DNA of 63,495 nucleotides, counting the filler, from an uncultured Thermoplasmatales archaeon (GTDB lineage: Archaea > Thermoplasmatota > E2 > DHVEG-1), in the NCBI GenBank assembly GCA_964517155.1. It is 5 parts of 5 records of this genome, joined end to end, with 100 filler letters (N's around TTAATTAATTAA, not from the genome) between each part and the next. Parts side by side here need not be neighbours in the genome. Positions count along the whole stretch, not along the records: positions 36,967 to 56,865 come from CAZFAZ010000077.1; positions 56,966 to 60,543 come from CAZFAZ010000084.1; positions 60,644 to 63,495 come from CAZFAZ010000087.1; 2 more parts are not named here. The stretch is one strand, 5' to 3'. A model generated the notes under the pieces. It saw nothing but the letters and a program-made list of their open reading frames with translations. It was not told the DNA's origin and did no database searches. This document shows positions 51,151 through 60,783 of the stretch, one piece after another. Positions within the stretch are counted from its first letter, which is position 1. The number at the start of each line of letters is the position of its first letter. The translations under genes and the position numbers were made by a program.

Positions 51151-51911
51151 ATATAATTGTTTGTGCAAAACAAGTTGTAGATGTATCTGAGATGAAAATT
51201 GATAACGCTACAAAAAAACCTATTCTGCAGGGTGTCCCCCAAAAGATTAGTGATATAGATAAAAATGCTATGGAAGAAGCAATTAAAATCAAAGAAAAAC
51301 ATGGCGGTAAAATAAATGTTGTAACAATTGGTCCTGCAAATGCTAAAGAAAGAATAAAAGAACTTTTAGCCATGGGTGCAGATGAAGGATTTCTTGTTAC
51401 AGCACCAGATAATATTGATTATCATATGACTGCAAATCTTCTTAGTGAAGCAATCAAAAAAATCGGAGAATATAATTTAATTTTATGTGGTGAAACATCT
51501 ATTGATATGTTTTCAGGTCAAATTGGCCCAAGACTTGCTGCAAATTTAAATATCCCTCAGATGACCTATGCGCAAAATATTAATGCTGAAAAAGAAAAAA
51601 TTACTGCGGATAGAGACATGGGTGATCAAATGGTTACAACTGAATCAAATTATCCTGTGATTGTAACTGTTACAAAAGAAATAAACGAGCCACGTCTACC
51701 TAGTCTTATGCAAATACTTGCAGCAGCAAATAAACCAATTAATGAAATGACTGCAGATTCACTTTTAAAAGATTTAACACCTCTTGTTGAAACAATAGAA
51801 CTTAAAGGTGTAAGCATGGAAAGAAAAAATGTTGTCTACAAAGACGATATCGACGAATCAGTAAAGCAATTAGTAAACAATCTTGCAAAAGAAGGAGTTT
51901 TAAGGGGGTAG
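51147..51911 (+). CDS. etfB: Electron transfer flavoprotein beta subunit
   Basis: CAKQV, AMGAD, G..SID...GQIG and NEPRLPS. Confidence 0.93.
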   Translation: MNIIVCAKQVVDVSEMKIDNATKKPILQGVPQKISDIDKNAMEEAIKIKEKHGGKINVVTIGPANAKERIKELLAMGADEGFLVTAPDNIDYHMTANLLSEAIKKIGEYNLILCGETSIDMFSGQIGPRLAANLNIPQMTYAQNINAEKEKITADRDMGDQMVTTESNYPVIVTVTKEINEPRLPSLMQILAAANKPINEMTADSLLKDLTPLVETIELKGVSMERKNVVYKDDIDESVKQLVNNLAKEGVLRG

Positions 51912-51917
51912 AAAAAA

Positions 51918-52874
51918 ATGGTTTTAGTTTATTCCGACAGTAAAAACCTTACATTAGAAATGCTTGGTAAAGCAGTAGAGCTTGCAAAAGAAACAAAGGA
52001 GAAAGTAACAGCTGTAATAATTGGTTCTGCAGATGAAAACCTTGCAAAAGAATATATCTCATATGGCGCAGATAATGTATTTATTGCAGAGACCGATTTA
52101 AAAAATTTCAAAGCAGAAGAATATGCAGATATATTATCAAAAGTTGTAAAAGAAACAAAATCTGATACAATACTTGTTGGCTCAAACAAAAACGGAAAAG
52201 AATTATCTGCAAGACTCGGCGGTCTTCTAAATGCAGGATGTGTAGTTGATTCAAACAATATTTATTTTAAAAATAATAAGCTTATAGCAGAAAGAATGGT
52301 CTATAGCGGTAATGCAATTGCTGTAAATCAGTTTAATTCAAAACCTGCAATTGTTACAATTCCTTCAAAAGCATTTGACCCGTTAAATAAAGATTCTTCA
52401 AGGAAAGGAGAAATTACTAAAAAGAAAATAAGCGCTGAGAAATCTACTTCAAAAATAGTGAAAATAACTGAGATGAAAACCAGTGGCGTAAACGTTGAAG
52501 ATGCAGAGATAATTGTATCCTGTGGACGAGGTTTTAAAAATAAAGATGATATAAAACTTGTAAAAGAACTAGCAGATGTATTAAAAGGTAAAACAGTTGG
52601 ATGCAGCCGTCCGATTGCAGCAGATATGAAATGGCTTCCAGAAGAACACTGGATTGGGCTTTCTGGACGAAAAGTTAAACCTAAGCTGTATATTGCTGCA
52701 GGAATATCTGGTCAAATCCAGCATATTGCAGGTATGAGAGATTCAGGAATTGTTGTAGCAATAAATAAAGATCCTGATGCACTTATTTTTAAATCTGCAG
52801 ATTATGGAATAGTTGGAGACCTTTACGCAATATTACCAAAACTAACATCTGCGGTAAAGGAAAAAATGGGATAA
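51918..52874 (+). CDS. etfA: Electron transfer flavoprotein alpha subunit
   Basis: GRG, GCSRP, IGLSG, GISGQIQH and AINKD. Confidence 0.93.
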   Translation: MVLVYSDSKNLTLEMLGKAVELAKETKEKVTAVIIGSADENLAKEYISYGADNVFIAETDLKNFKAEEYADILSKVVKETKSDTILVGSNKNGKELSARLGGLLNAGCVVDSNNIYFKNNKLIAERMVYSGNAIAVNQFNSKPAIVTIPSKAFDPLNKDSSRKGEITKKKISAEKSTSKIVKITEMKTSGVNVEDAEIIVSCGRGFKNKDDIKLVKELADVLKGKTVGCSRPIAADMKWLPEEHWIGLSGRKVKPKLYIAAGISGQIQHIAGMRDSGIVVAINKDPDALIFKSADYGIVGDLYAILPKLTSAVKEKMG

Positions 52875-52918
52875 AACATCCTATTTTCTTTAAAAAAGCT
52901 TACAAATTTAAGAGGTGG

Positions 52919-53455
52919 TTGGCCATCAGCAGAGAAAAAGATGAAAAACTAATAAAAGAAATACCTAAAGACAAAATTGCTGATTTTGTTTTCATGCATC
53001 TTAGAAACATGTGGGCTGTAGACGGACTGTATTACTTATTTATTGAAGAAAAATGGGGAACAAAAGAAGCAACAGAGATAGATAAAAAAGTTTGGGAAAT
53101 AATGGGTAAAATAGAAGCTCGTAAGATAAAAGAGCTTTTAAACATTAAAGGAGACGATATCCCCACGGTCATGAAAGCACTTAGTTATTCTGGCTGGTCA
53201 ATGGATCTTGAAGATAAAGAAATAGAAATAAAAAAAGATAAAGGAATAGTTAGAAATATCCAATGCCGGGTTCAAAATACTCGTCTTAAAAAAGGTCTTA
53301 CAGAGTTTGCCTGTAAACCAGTTCGTTGGGGTTTTTTAAAAGCATTTGCAAAAGAATTTAACCCTAAAATTCAAGTTGAATGTATTGTTTGTCCACCAGA
53401 TGAACATAGTGATAATCTCTGGTGTGAGTGGGAGTTTATTCTTAAGGAGGAATAG
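52919..53455 (+). CDS. DUF6125-like protein with conserved cysteines
   Basis: WAVDGL, CRVQ..R, FACK and C..CPPD.H....C.W.F pattern. Confidence 0.75.
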   Translation: MAISREKDEKLIKEIPKDKIADFVFMHLRNMWAVDGLYYLFIEEKWGTKEATEIDKKVWEIMGKIEARKIKELLNIKGDDIPTVMKALSYSGWSMDLEDKEIEIKKDKGIVRNIQCRVQNTRLKKGLTEFACKPVRWGFLKAFAKEFNPKIQVECIVCPPDEHSDNLWCEWEFILKEE

Positions 53456-53458
53456 TTT

Positions 53459-54916
53459 ATGAAAACAAGGAAAGAATATAAAGAAAGTCTTCAAAAAATG
53501 AATGCAAATATTTACAAGTTTGGTGAATTAATAAAAGATGTAACAACTCATCCTGCAACAAAAAGAACCATTGAAGGTCATGCTCAAATTTTTGATGCAG
53601 CAAATAAAGATGAATACAAAGATATCTTAACTACTAAATCAAATTTAACTGGTAAAAAAGTTGTTCGTTATTTATCTATTATTCAAAATGCAGAGGATAT
53701 GATTGCAAACGTTCGCATGAAAAGACTTATGTTTAATCTTACGGGAACCTGCACTGGAGGTCGTTGTGCTGGTTTTAATGCACTAAATGCTATGTGGACA
53801 GCAACTTATGAAATTGATGCTGATTTTAAAACAGATTATCATACTAGGCTTAAAAACTGGCTTAAAGATGCACAAGAGCGCGATATCACTTTATCTGGTG
53901 CACTTACTGATCCTAAAGGAGATCGCTCTAAATCTGCTTCACAGCAAAATGACCCAGATATGAATCTTCATGTTGTTAAAAAAGATGACAAAGGAATTAT
54001 TGTTCGTGGTGCTAAAGTAATGATTTGTGGTGTTGCGGCTGCAAATGAGATTTTTATAATGCCTGGAACAGGTTACCGCGAAGAAGATAAAGATTATGCC
54101 ATATCTTTTGTAATACCTAGGGATATTGCCAATCTTACAATTGTTGAAACTCGCAGACCAAGTGATGCTCGTGAGCTTGAAAAAGGCTTTGACAATCCTG
54201 TTGATATCGGTGGTATTACACAAGCATACTTACTTTTTGATGATGTATTTATTCCAAAAGAAAGAGTTTTTATGTGCGGTGAATACAAGTATTCTCTAAA
54301 AGCAGTTATGAATTTTATCGCACCATACAGGTCAGCAATTGGTGGATGTGTTGCAGGTCAAGGAGATGTACTGATTGGTGCCGCTGCACTCATGGCTCGT
54401 GCAAATGGTCTTTCTGAAAAAGTATTTAGAGATAAAATAAATCAGATGATAATCAACAATGAAACAACTTTTGGCATGGGTATTGCAGCAAGTGCAATGG
54501 GCTCAAAACATCCCTCAGGAGTATGGATTCCAAATATGCTTTTATCAAATGTAAATAAGGTTCATGTTGCAACACTGCCGTATGATACAAAGCGTATCGC
54601 TCAAGATATAGCAGGAGGAATAGCAGAAACCGGGTGTTTACCCTCCTTTAAAGATATAAATGATCCAAAATATGGAAAGCTTCTTAAAAAATATCTAAAG
54701 GCAAATTGTGATGGAGAAACACGAGCAAAAATTGCAAGACTCATCGAATGGTTAACAATTGGTTCAGGTGTACCAGGGTGTATGCATGGTGGCGGTTCAC
54801 CTGATGGTGCAAAACTGGTAATTAACCTTAATACAGATATAAACCATTATATGGAACTTGCAAAAAGACTTGCAAATATCAAAGAAAAAATAGAGGTTGA
54901 ACAAAAGAAGAAATAA
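53459..54916 (+). CDS. 4-hydroxybutyryl-CoA dehydratase (AbfD)/HpaB family protein with altered active site
   Basis: TDPKGDRS, IVRGAK, CTGGRC, YRSAIGGC and CMHGGGSP. Confidence 0.85.
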   Translation: MKTRKEYKESLQKMNANIYKFGELIKDVTTHPATKRTIEGHAQIFDAANKDEYKDILTTKSNLTGKKVVRYLSIIQNAEDMIANVRMKRLMFNLTGTCTGGRCAGFNALNAMWTATYEIDADFKTDYHTRLKNWLKDAQERDITLSGALTDPKGDRSKSASQQNDPDMNLHVVKKDDKGIIVRGAKVMICGVAAANEIFIMPGTGYREEDKDYAISFVIPRDIANLTIVETRRPSDARELEKGFDNPVDIGGITQAYLLFDDVFIPKERVFMCGEYKYSLKAVMNFIAPYRSAIGGCVAGQGDVLIGAAALMARANGLSEKVFRDKINQMIINNETTFGMGIAASAMGSKHPSGVWIPNMLLSNVNKVHVATLPYDTKRIAQDIAGGIAETGCLPSFKDINDPKYGKLLKKYLKANCDGETRAKIARLIEWLTIGSGVPGCMHGGGSPDGAKLVINLNTDINHYMELAKRLANIKEKIEVEQKKK

Positions 54917-55352
54917 CCTATTTTATTTTTTAAAAATATAAAGATACCTGATAACAGTTGTACAACAAGTCCTTTATAAGTAAAAAAACAAAGTACTGCG
55001 TGGGAGACTAAAAGAAAATATGTCAGGTGTTGAAAAAGTAAGATACACTGAGATGCTCGTTGAAGCAAGTATTTCAGGTATATTGTTTGCATATAGTTTC
55101 ATAATATTAACTTTCACCTAAAAAACAGCTTTTGAAATATTTACATTTTTGACATTTTTACACATTACTTTTAAATAAGATTAATCACAAAGATTAAAAG
55201 TACTATGCCATAGTATGGTAAAGATGAAAGGATGAAAAAGGTATTACTAGACATAGTAAAATATTTCACTTCGTTATAAAAAATTCAAGTTTAATTAAAT
55301 AAAATATGCTTAAAAACAATTTTTCCATTTTAAGTTTAAAAAAAATTTATAA

Positions 55353-56865
55353 TCACATATAAAATAGTTTTAAAATAAGAGAAATTACTTTAGAAGTTCT
55401 TTCTTGTTTATTTTTTGAAATTAAATTAGTGGATTTAAGTTTCTTTAAAATTAAACAACGTTTCTTGTAAACATATAAAACAAGTATTAATGAAAAGATT
55501 ATACTAAAGAAAACAAACCACCATTCAATACTTAGATAGTATACTGTTTGAGAAGAGTCATACTTGTTGATCTCTTTTGATTCTGTAACATGACCCGGGG
55601 TAATACATGAAACAGTCGTTTCATCAGAATCTAATTCATCAAAAAATTCAACATAATCATCATTTTGTATGTCCTGGAAATTTTCTTCGACGGTTTCATC
55701 AACATCATCGTAGACTATACTATCATCAATTTCTTCTTCATTAACTTGAACAGTATTTACAATATGATGTATTTTTTTATAATTATTATTTACAACTGTA
55801 TTTGTTTCTTCAAATGTAACTTTTACATACGTTACATTATAAGATGATAAACCTTTATTGTCTATAACTGTAAGATTAACAATGAATTGTCCATCTTCAC
55901 TGTATACATGTTCAGATTTTATGCCATAACCTATGTTTGTGTCACCAAAATCCCATGTATAATTTACAATGTTTCCATCAGGATCATAACTTTTTGAGCC
56001 GTTGAATTTTATAACTTTATTGACATATCCTACGTAATGACTGCCGGCATCAGCAACAGGCGAGTAATTCTCGATGGTATCTGTATTTATGATTACAATC
56101 GGGTTTTCTCCAACGTTTTGTTTTGCAGTATATCTTTTTCCTTTATAGATAACTCTAAAATTATAAGTCCTTGAAAGTAACTCATTTTTTGTTTCACCAT
56201 CTTCATTGGTAATACCAAAAAACCTCCAACTACCACTATAGTAAGAAACATTACCACCAAGAAGACAATTACCAATACTATCCTGTAAAACAACAGTAAC
56301 CTTAAGAGTAGAGAAGACAACATCGGAATCAAGACTAACATCCTGCTTCAAAGAAACACTGGAACCATCATAAAAAACCCTAAAAGTGTAGCTTTTCGGT
56401 AAAAGTTCACCTTTTACCTCACCATTTAAATCAGTTACACCAAAAAATTTCCAACTGCCACTATAAAACTCAACAGTACCATTTTGCAAAGGAATATAAC
56501 TGCTATTAAACAGATTAGCAGTTACTCTAACTGTATTAAATATAATAACAGTATTGATACTAACATCTTGCTTCAAAGAAACACTAGAACCATCATATGT
56601 TAACTTAAATGTATAACTCTTAGATAACAACTCTTTCGTAACCTCACCCGTATTATTAGTAAAACCAATGAACCTCCAGCCACTAGAATAAAAACTAACA
56701 TTACCCTCACTAATGCCAAAACCAGAACTATTCTCAAACCTAACCGTAACCTCAACAGTAGAAAATATAACAACAGGGTCAATACTAACATCCTGCTTCA
56801 AAGAAACACTGGAACCAAGATAACTCATCCTAAAAGAATAAGTCCTTGGAAGTAACTCATTTTTT
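55353..56865 (-). CDS. Membrane-anchored surface protein with 75-aa tandem repeats and PKD domain (5' partial)
   Basis: GSSVSLKQDVS repeats with 225-nt period (56350, 56575, 56800); FNGSKSYDPDG...WDFGD; frame open up to the gap. Confidence 0.85.
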
Positions 56866-56965
56866 NNNNNNNNNNNNNNNNNNNNNNNNNNNNNNNNNNN
56901 NNNNNNNNNTTAATTAATTAANNNNNNNNNNNNNNNNNNNNNNNNNNNNNNNNNNNNNNNNNNNN
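56866..56965. other. Artificial contig linker
   Basis: N run with TTAATTAATTAA. Confidence 0.97.
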
Positions 56966-57093
56966 TATTTATAGAAAATTAATTTCTACTCCTATTTGTG
57001 TAATGCTTAGCTCATTTTAAAGAAAAAAAACAAATTGTTATCTTTTGTTTTTGTTTTGTTTCAAAACCTAAAAATCAACTCAAACACCTACTG

Positions 57094-57470
57094 CGTGCAA
57101 AACCTGTTTGTCAGCAGTTACCCTTCACGTGCAAAAGATGACTGTTAGACCACCAAGAATACTACTTTGCCTAACAGAAGAAAAAACAATCCATCAACCA
57201 ATCAACTTTCCAAGCATCAACTCAACCAAGATAAAAACAATTTCACCTCCCAAGCAAACACTGCAAACGATGTCAGTTCCCCCATTATTTTTTGCAAAGA
57301 ATGTCATCTGAATTACATGCAAACGTTGTCAGGTCACACTATCGGATTTTCTAAAAACTACTCATCATTTTAAACGAAATATTTTGCAATAAACATTTAC
57401 ATCCGCCACATGAACAAACACTGCAAACGCTGTCAATTTGACCCCACGGCGATCATTGCTAAACTTTTCA
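57094..57470 (+). repeat. Field of co-oriented TGCAAA-N-TGTCA direct repeats
   Basis: N3 spacer at 57262, 57293, 57318, 57422 (variant 57457); N7 spacer at 57096 and 57130; 57255-78 vs 57415-38 identical at 22/24. Confidence 0.8.
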
Positions 57471-57593
57471 GATCATGCTGTAATCAACAGCCACTTTTTG
57501 TATTCGTACAGTATTGGTTTGAACTACACACAAAAAATATTATACATAATTTATTATAATGCATTTATAATACATTTTCTAAAGGGTTGAACA

Positions 57594-58508
57594 ATGATGA
57601 ACTGTCCACAATGCAATATAAATAAACACATCATTAAATCTGGAATCCGCCAAACCCAAGAAGGCATCATACAAAAATATTACTGCAAACACTGTAAAAA
57701 ATATTTTACCAACAAAACTCAGGCGTATACTCATTATCCATTACATGTAATCCTATATACATTGCAACAATACAACAAAGGATACCCTGTTAAAAAAACA
57801 AAAACTCTTACTGGAAAAAAATACCGATATTCACCGCCAGAAAGAACTATTTACTCATGGATTACACGATATCAACACACACTGACCTTTCTCAAACTAC
57901 GTAAACAATATATGATAGATCCAGAAAATCTTACCACAACACATCGTTTCAACCATCAACAAATTTATCCTTTCACCTACCATAACCTTAAACTCAATCT
58001 TTATAGTAAGCAATTTCCACAACTAAAACGCTATATAAACTGGGTAGAACGAAGCCTTCCCACAACTATATTTCTTAGTGGTCCACGTGCCTCACAATGT
58101 ACTGCTTGCAAAAAAATTAAAACAAAACAAAAAAAATCTATTGCACCAGAACTTACCAGACTTGCCCTACATCTTCAAGCTAAAAACCAGTCTGTTCATG
58201 AAGCTGTTGAACAATTCTTTCTTTACAACGATTCAACAACTATTTGTACAGAACTACCCGTGTTTTTAAATCCAAAGGAAACAGATAAATTTAACATTGA
58301 AACACCCCTCACAGGACATATTGATATTATTCAAATACGAAACAAAAAAGTATACATAATGGACTATAAACCAAACTTAAACCATCCAGAATGTTACAGT
58401 GGTCAACTCATGGCATATAAACAAGCGCTACATCATCGAACACAAATTTCAGAAGATACTATCATTTCAGCTGTATTTAACCAACATAATTATTATGAAT
58501 TTGAATAA
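57594..58508 (+). CDS. InsA-like Zn ribbon plus HTH fused to a PD-(D/E)XK (RecB/Cas4-like) nuclease
   Basis: CPQC...IKSG.R...QKYYCKHC; RTIYSWI; TELPV...GHID...DYK...QL.AY. Confidence 0.8.
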   Translation: MMNCPQCNINKHIIKSGIRQTQEGIIQKYYCKHCKKYFTNKTQAYTHYPLHVILYTLQQYNKGYPVKKTKTLTGKKYRYSPPERTIYSWITRYQHTLTFLKLRKQYMIDPENLTTTHRFNHQQIYPFTYHNLKLNLYSKQFPQLKRYINWVERSLPTTIFLSGPRASQCTACKKIKTKQKKSIAPELTRLALHLQAKNQSVHEAVEQFFLYNDSTTICTELPVFLNPKETDKFNIETPLTGHIDIIQIRNKKVYIMDYKPNLNHPECYSGQLMAYKQALHHRTQISEDTIISAVFNQHNYYEFE

Positions 58509-58851
58509 AAAATTAAAAGTTAAAAAAACAAACCGCGTTGTGTAAAAAAATTGCGATATCTTGCATTTTTGCTATTGTGTACACAGATCGTTTTGCTTTT
58601 TTCATCTCTGAGATAATCAATAGAATCTTTCTTTAATTTAATTTTTTCATGTAATCAAATTGGATTGCAGTATTTATTCAAATGAATTAATTTAAGGATA
58701 CTGCAATTGTTTTTCTGAACCATTAAGATTCTATTGTTAAATTTCTGTTGAGCATTTACATAGCAAAAAATATAAATATGCATAAACAATATATTGTATA
58801 TTAATAAATTATTGTATAATTACATAATTATGTCAAAAGGTGAAAAAAACA

Positions 58852-59007
58852 ATGTCTACATTAACTGTATCTATTCCAAAAAAATTAAAAGATAAAATGG
58901 ATGAACATCCTGAAATAAATTGGTCTGAGGTAATTAAAAATAGACTTAGAATAAGAGCAGAAGCAATCCTTGAATTTGAAGAAAAAAGAAAAAATGAGGG
59001 GAATTGA
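58852..59007 (+). CDS. RHH antitoxin-like protein 1 (51 aa, absent from the ORF track)
   Basis: MSTLTVSIPKKLKDKMDEHPEINWSEVIK; GGTGA SD. Confidence 0.85.
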   Translation: MSTLTVSIPKKLKDKMDEHPEINWSEVIKNRLRIRAEAILEFEEKRKNEGN

Positions 59008-59250
59008 ATGGTAAGTATTACATTAAAAGTCACAGAAGATTTTAAAAAAATGATAAAACAACTTTCCTGGGTTAACTGGTCAGAAATCGCTAGAGAAGAA
59101 GCTTTAAAAAAATTAGAAGAAGAAAAAGCATTAGAAAAATTTAGAAAAATCATTTCAAAATCAAATTTTTCAGAAAAAGACGCAGACGAACTAGCCAAAA
59201 AAGTTAAAAATTCTATGTATAAAGATCTTAAATATAAAGAGCTGAGATAG
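59008..59250 (+). CDS. vapB: RHH antitoxin (VapB-like) 2
   Basis: MVSITLKV...VNWSEIARE; directly precedes the PIN toxin. Confidence 0.8.
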   Translation: MVSITLKVTEDFKKMIKQLSWVNWSEIAREEALKKLEEEKALEKFRKIISKSNFSEKDADELAKKVKNSMYKDLKYKELR

Positions 59251-59251
59251 A

Positions 59252-59653
59252 TTGGAATTAGTAATTGACTCAAATGTTTTATTTAGAACGCTAATATCGG
59301 GGGGAGACATAATAGATCTTGTATTTGACAAGAATTTAACGCTGTATGCTCCAAAAATGCTTTGGATTGAATTTTTAAATAATAAAAAAGAAATTCTTTC
59401 TAAATCTAAACTTTCAAATTCAGATTTTTCAATTTTAACTAAGTTACTTTTTAAAAGAATTAAATTAGTAGAAAGAGAAAAATATCAAGAACATCTTACA
59501 AAAGCTAAAAAATTATTAGAGAGTCATGAAAAAGATGCAGATTTTATAGCACTTTGCCTTTATAAAAACTGTAAACTTTGGACATATGAGTCGAGATTAT
59601 TTGAGATGGGTTTTGGGATTTCGACAAAAGAAATATCAAAAAAAGGAAAGTGA
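59252..59653 (+). CDS. vapC: PIN domain ribonuclease toxin (VapC-like)
   Basis: VIDSNVL, central E, KDADFIAL and LWTYE. Confidence 0.88.
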   Translation: MELVIDSNVLFRTLISGGDIIDLVFDKNLTLYAPKMLWIEFLNNKKEILSKSKLSNSDFSILTKLLFKRIKLVEREKYQEHLTKAKKLLESHEKDADFIALCLYKNCKLWTYESRLFEMGFGISTKEISKKGK

Positions 59654-59877
59654 ATTATTTTTATTTTTTATATTTCTCATTTTAAGGGTTTTCGTATGCA
59701 AATCTGTTATTAATAATTCTAACTAAATAAGAATTTATGGTATTTGTTTAGCTGCTTAAGGGTATCAGGAGAAGAAAAAAACCTGCCAAAGCTCTATCGA
59801 CAGAACCTTAATAGCGGAAAAACGACTTTAATAATAACTTGATACGTTCTACATCAAAACTTGGCTTCTGCTGTTAA

Positions 59878-60360
59878 ATGGGGATTAAAGATGAAAAAAT
59901 GAAAAATAAAGAATTCGTTCTTTATATAGATATACTAGTAAACTGTTATCTCCCAAACCTATACGACATACATCCAAATTGTTTTTTTGAAGTTCCTCTT
60001 ATCAAACAGGTCTATAGCAGTATGAACTATCAAGTGAAAATATCGTCGGTATCGGATAATTTATTTATACCTGTACGGGAAATAATAACTGCTATGAAAA
60101 TTCAGTCTCTATCTTCAAGAGGAGACGTTTTTCATAAAAAAGTCAAAGACTTTTGCGACCTTTACAGTTTGCTTTGGTTTTCTAAAAAGTCTGTACGTGA
60201 AAATATTGATGATGTATTAAATTTTATAGGCGTAAACTCAATAAAGCGATTGAAATATGGTATTAACAAGGATATTATCTCAGCATGTGACGGATACCTT
60301 GAAGAGCCTAAAGGCTCTTTGAACACGGTTTTTAATGATTTGTATAAATATTTAACATAA
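59878..60360 (+). pseudogene. Probable N-terminally truncated AbiEii-like nucleotidyltransferase
   Basis: AMK.....R....KK.KD..DL motif present; GG/DxD N-terminal motifs absent; in-frame TAA just before the ATG. Confidence 0.55.
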
Positions 60361-60543
60361 CGCAAACTATTTTCACGCGAAAAACCTGTCAGCCTCCTAT
60401 TAACTCTCATATATTACGTAAAAATACGTTGCGTATAAATACATAATAAATCAATAAGAAAATAATTAGATTGAATTAAAAATATCTGTATCAAATTATA
60501 CCAAATTATTATAAATTTGATAAGACAACTGACAATATATTAC

Positions 60544-60643
60544 NNNNNNNNNNNNNNNNNNNNNNNNNNNNNNNNNNNNNNNNNNNNTTAATTAATTAAN
60601 NNNNNNNNNNNNNNNNNNNNNNNNNNNNNNNNNNNNNNNNNNN
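60544..60643. other. Artificial contig linker
   Basis: N run with TTAATTAATTAA. Confidence 0.97.
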
Positions 60644-60754
60644 ATTGGATTAGGCGTACAAAAAACAATGAGTACGGACAAAATCTATCAAATGATGTAT
60701 AAAGAGATGAAAGAACTGCAAAAGAAAATTGAAAATTTAGAAGGGCAAAAATAA
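60644..60754 (+). CDS. C-terminal coiled-coil end of a truncated gene
   Basis: Frame open from contig start: IGLGVQKTMSTDKIYQMMYKEMKELQKKIENLEGQK*. Confidence 0.5.
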   Translation: MGLGVQKTMSTDKIYQMMYKEMKELQKKIENLEGQK

Positions 60755-60783
60755 AGCTATTTTTTAGGAATTCACAAGAACAA

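Noticed and set aside
57094..57470. Mini CRISPR array, or tandem CxxC peptides (TGC AAA CGN TGT = CKRC)
   Set aside because: Repeats are short with irregular spacing (25-132 nt), there is no cas1/cas2, and the CxxC readings are not all in one frame
59755..59877. IS-end-like GGTTCTGTCG on the minus strand
   Set aside because: No matching second inverted repeat or transposase, so it cannot be supported without a database search
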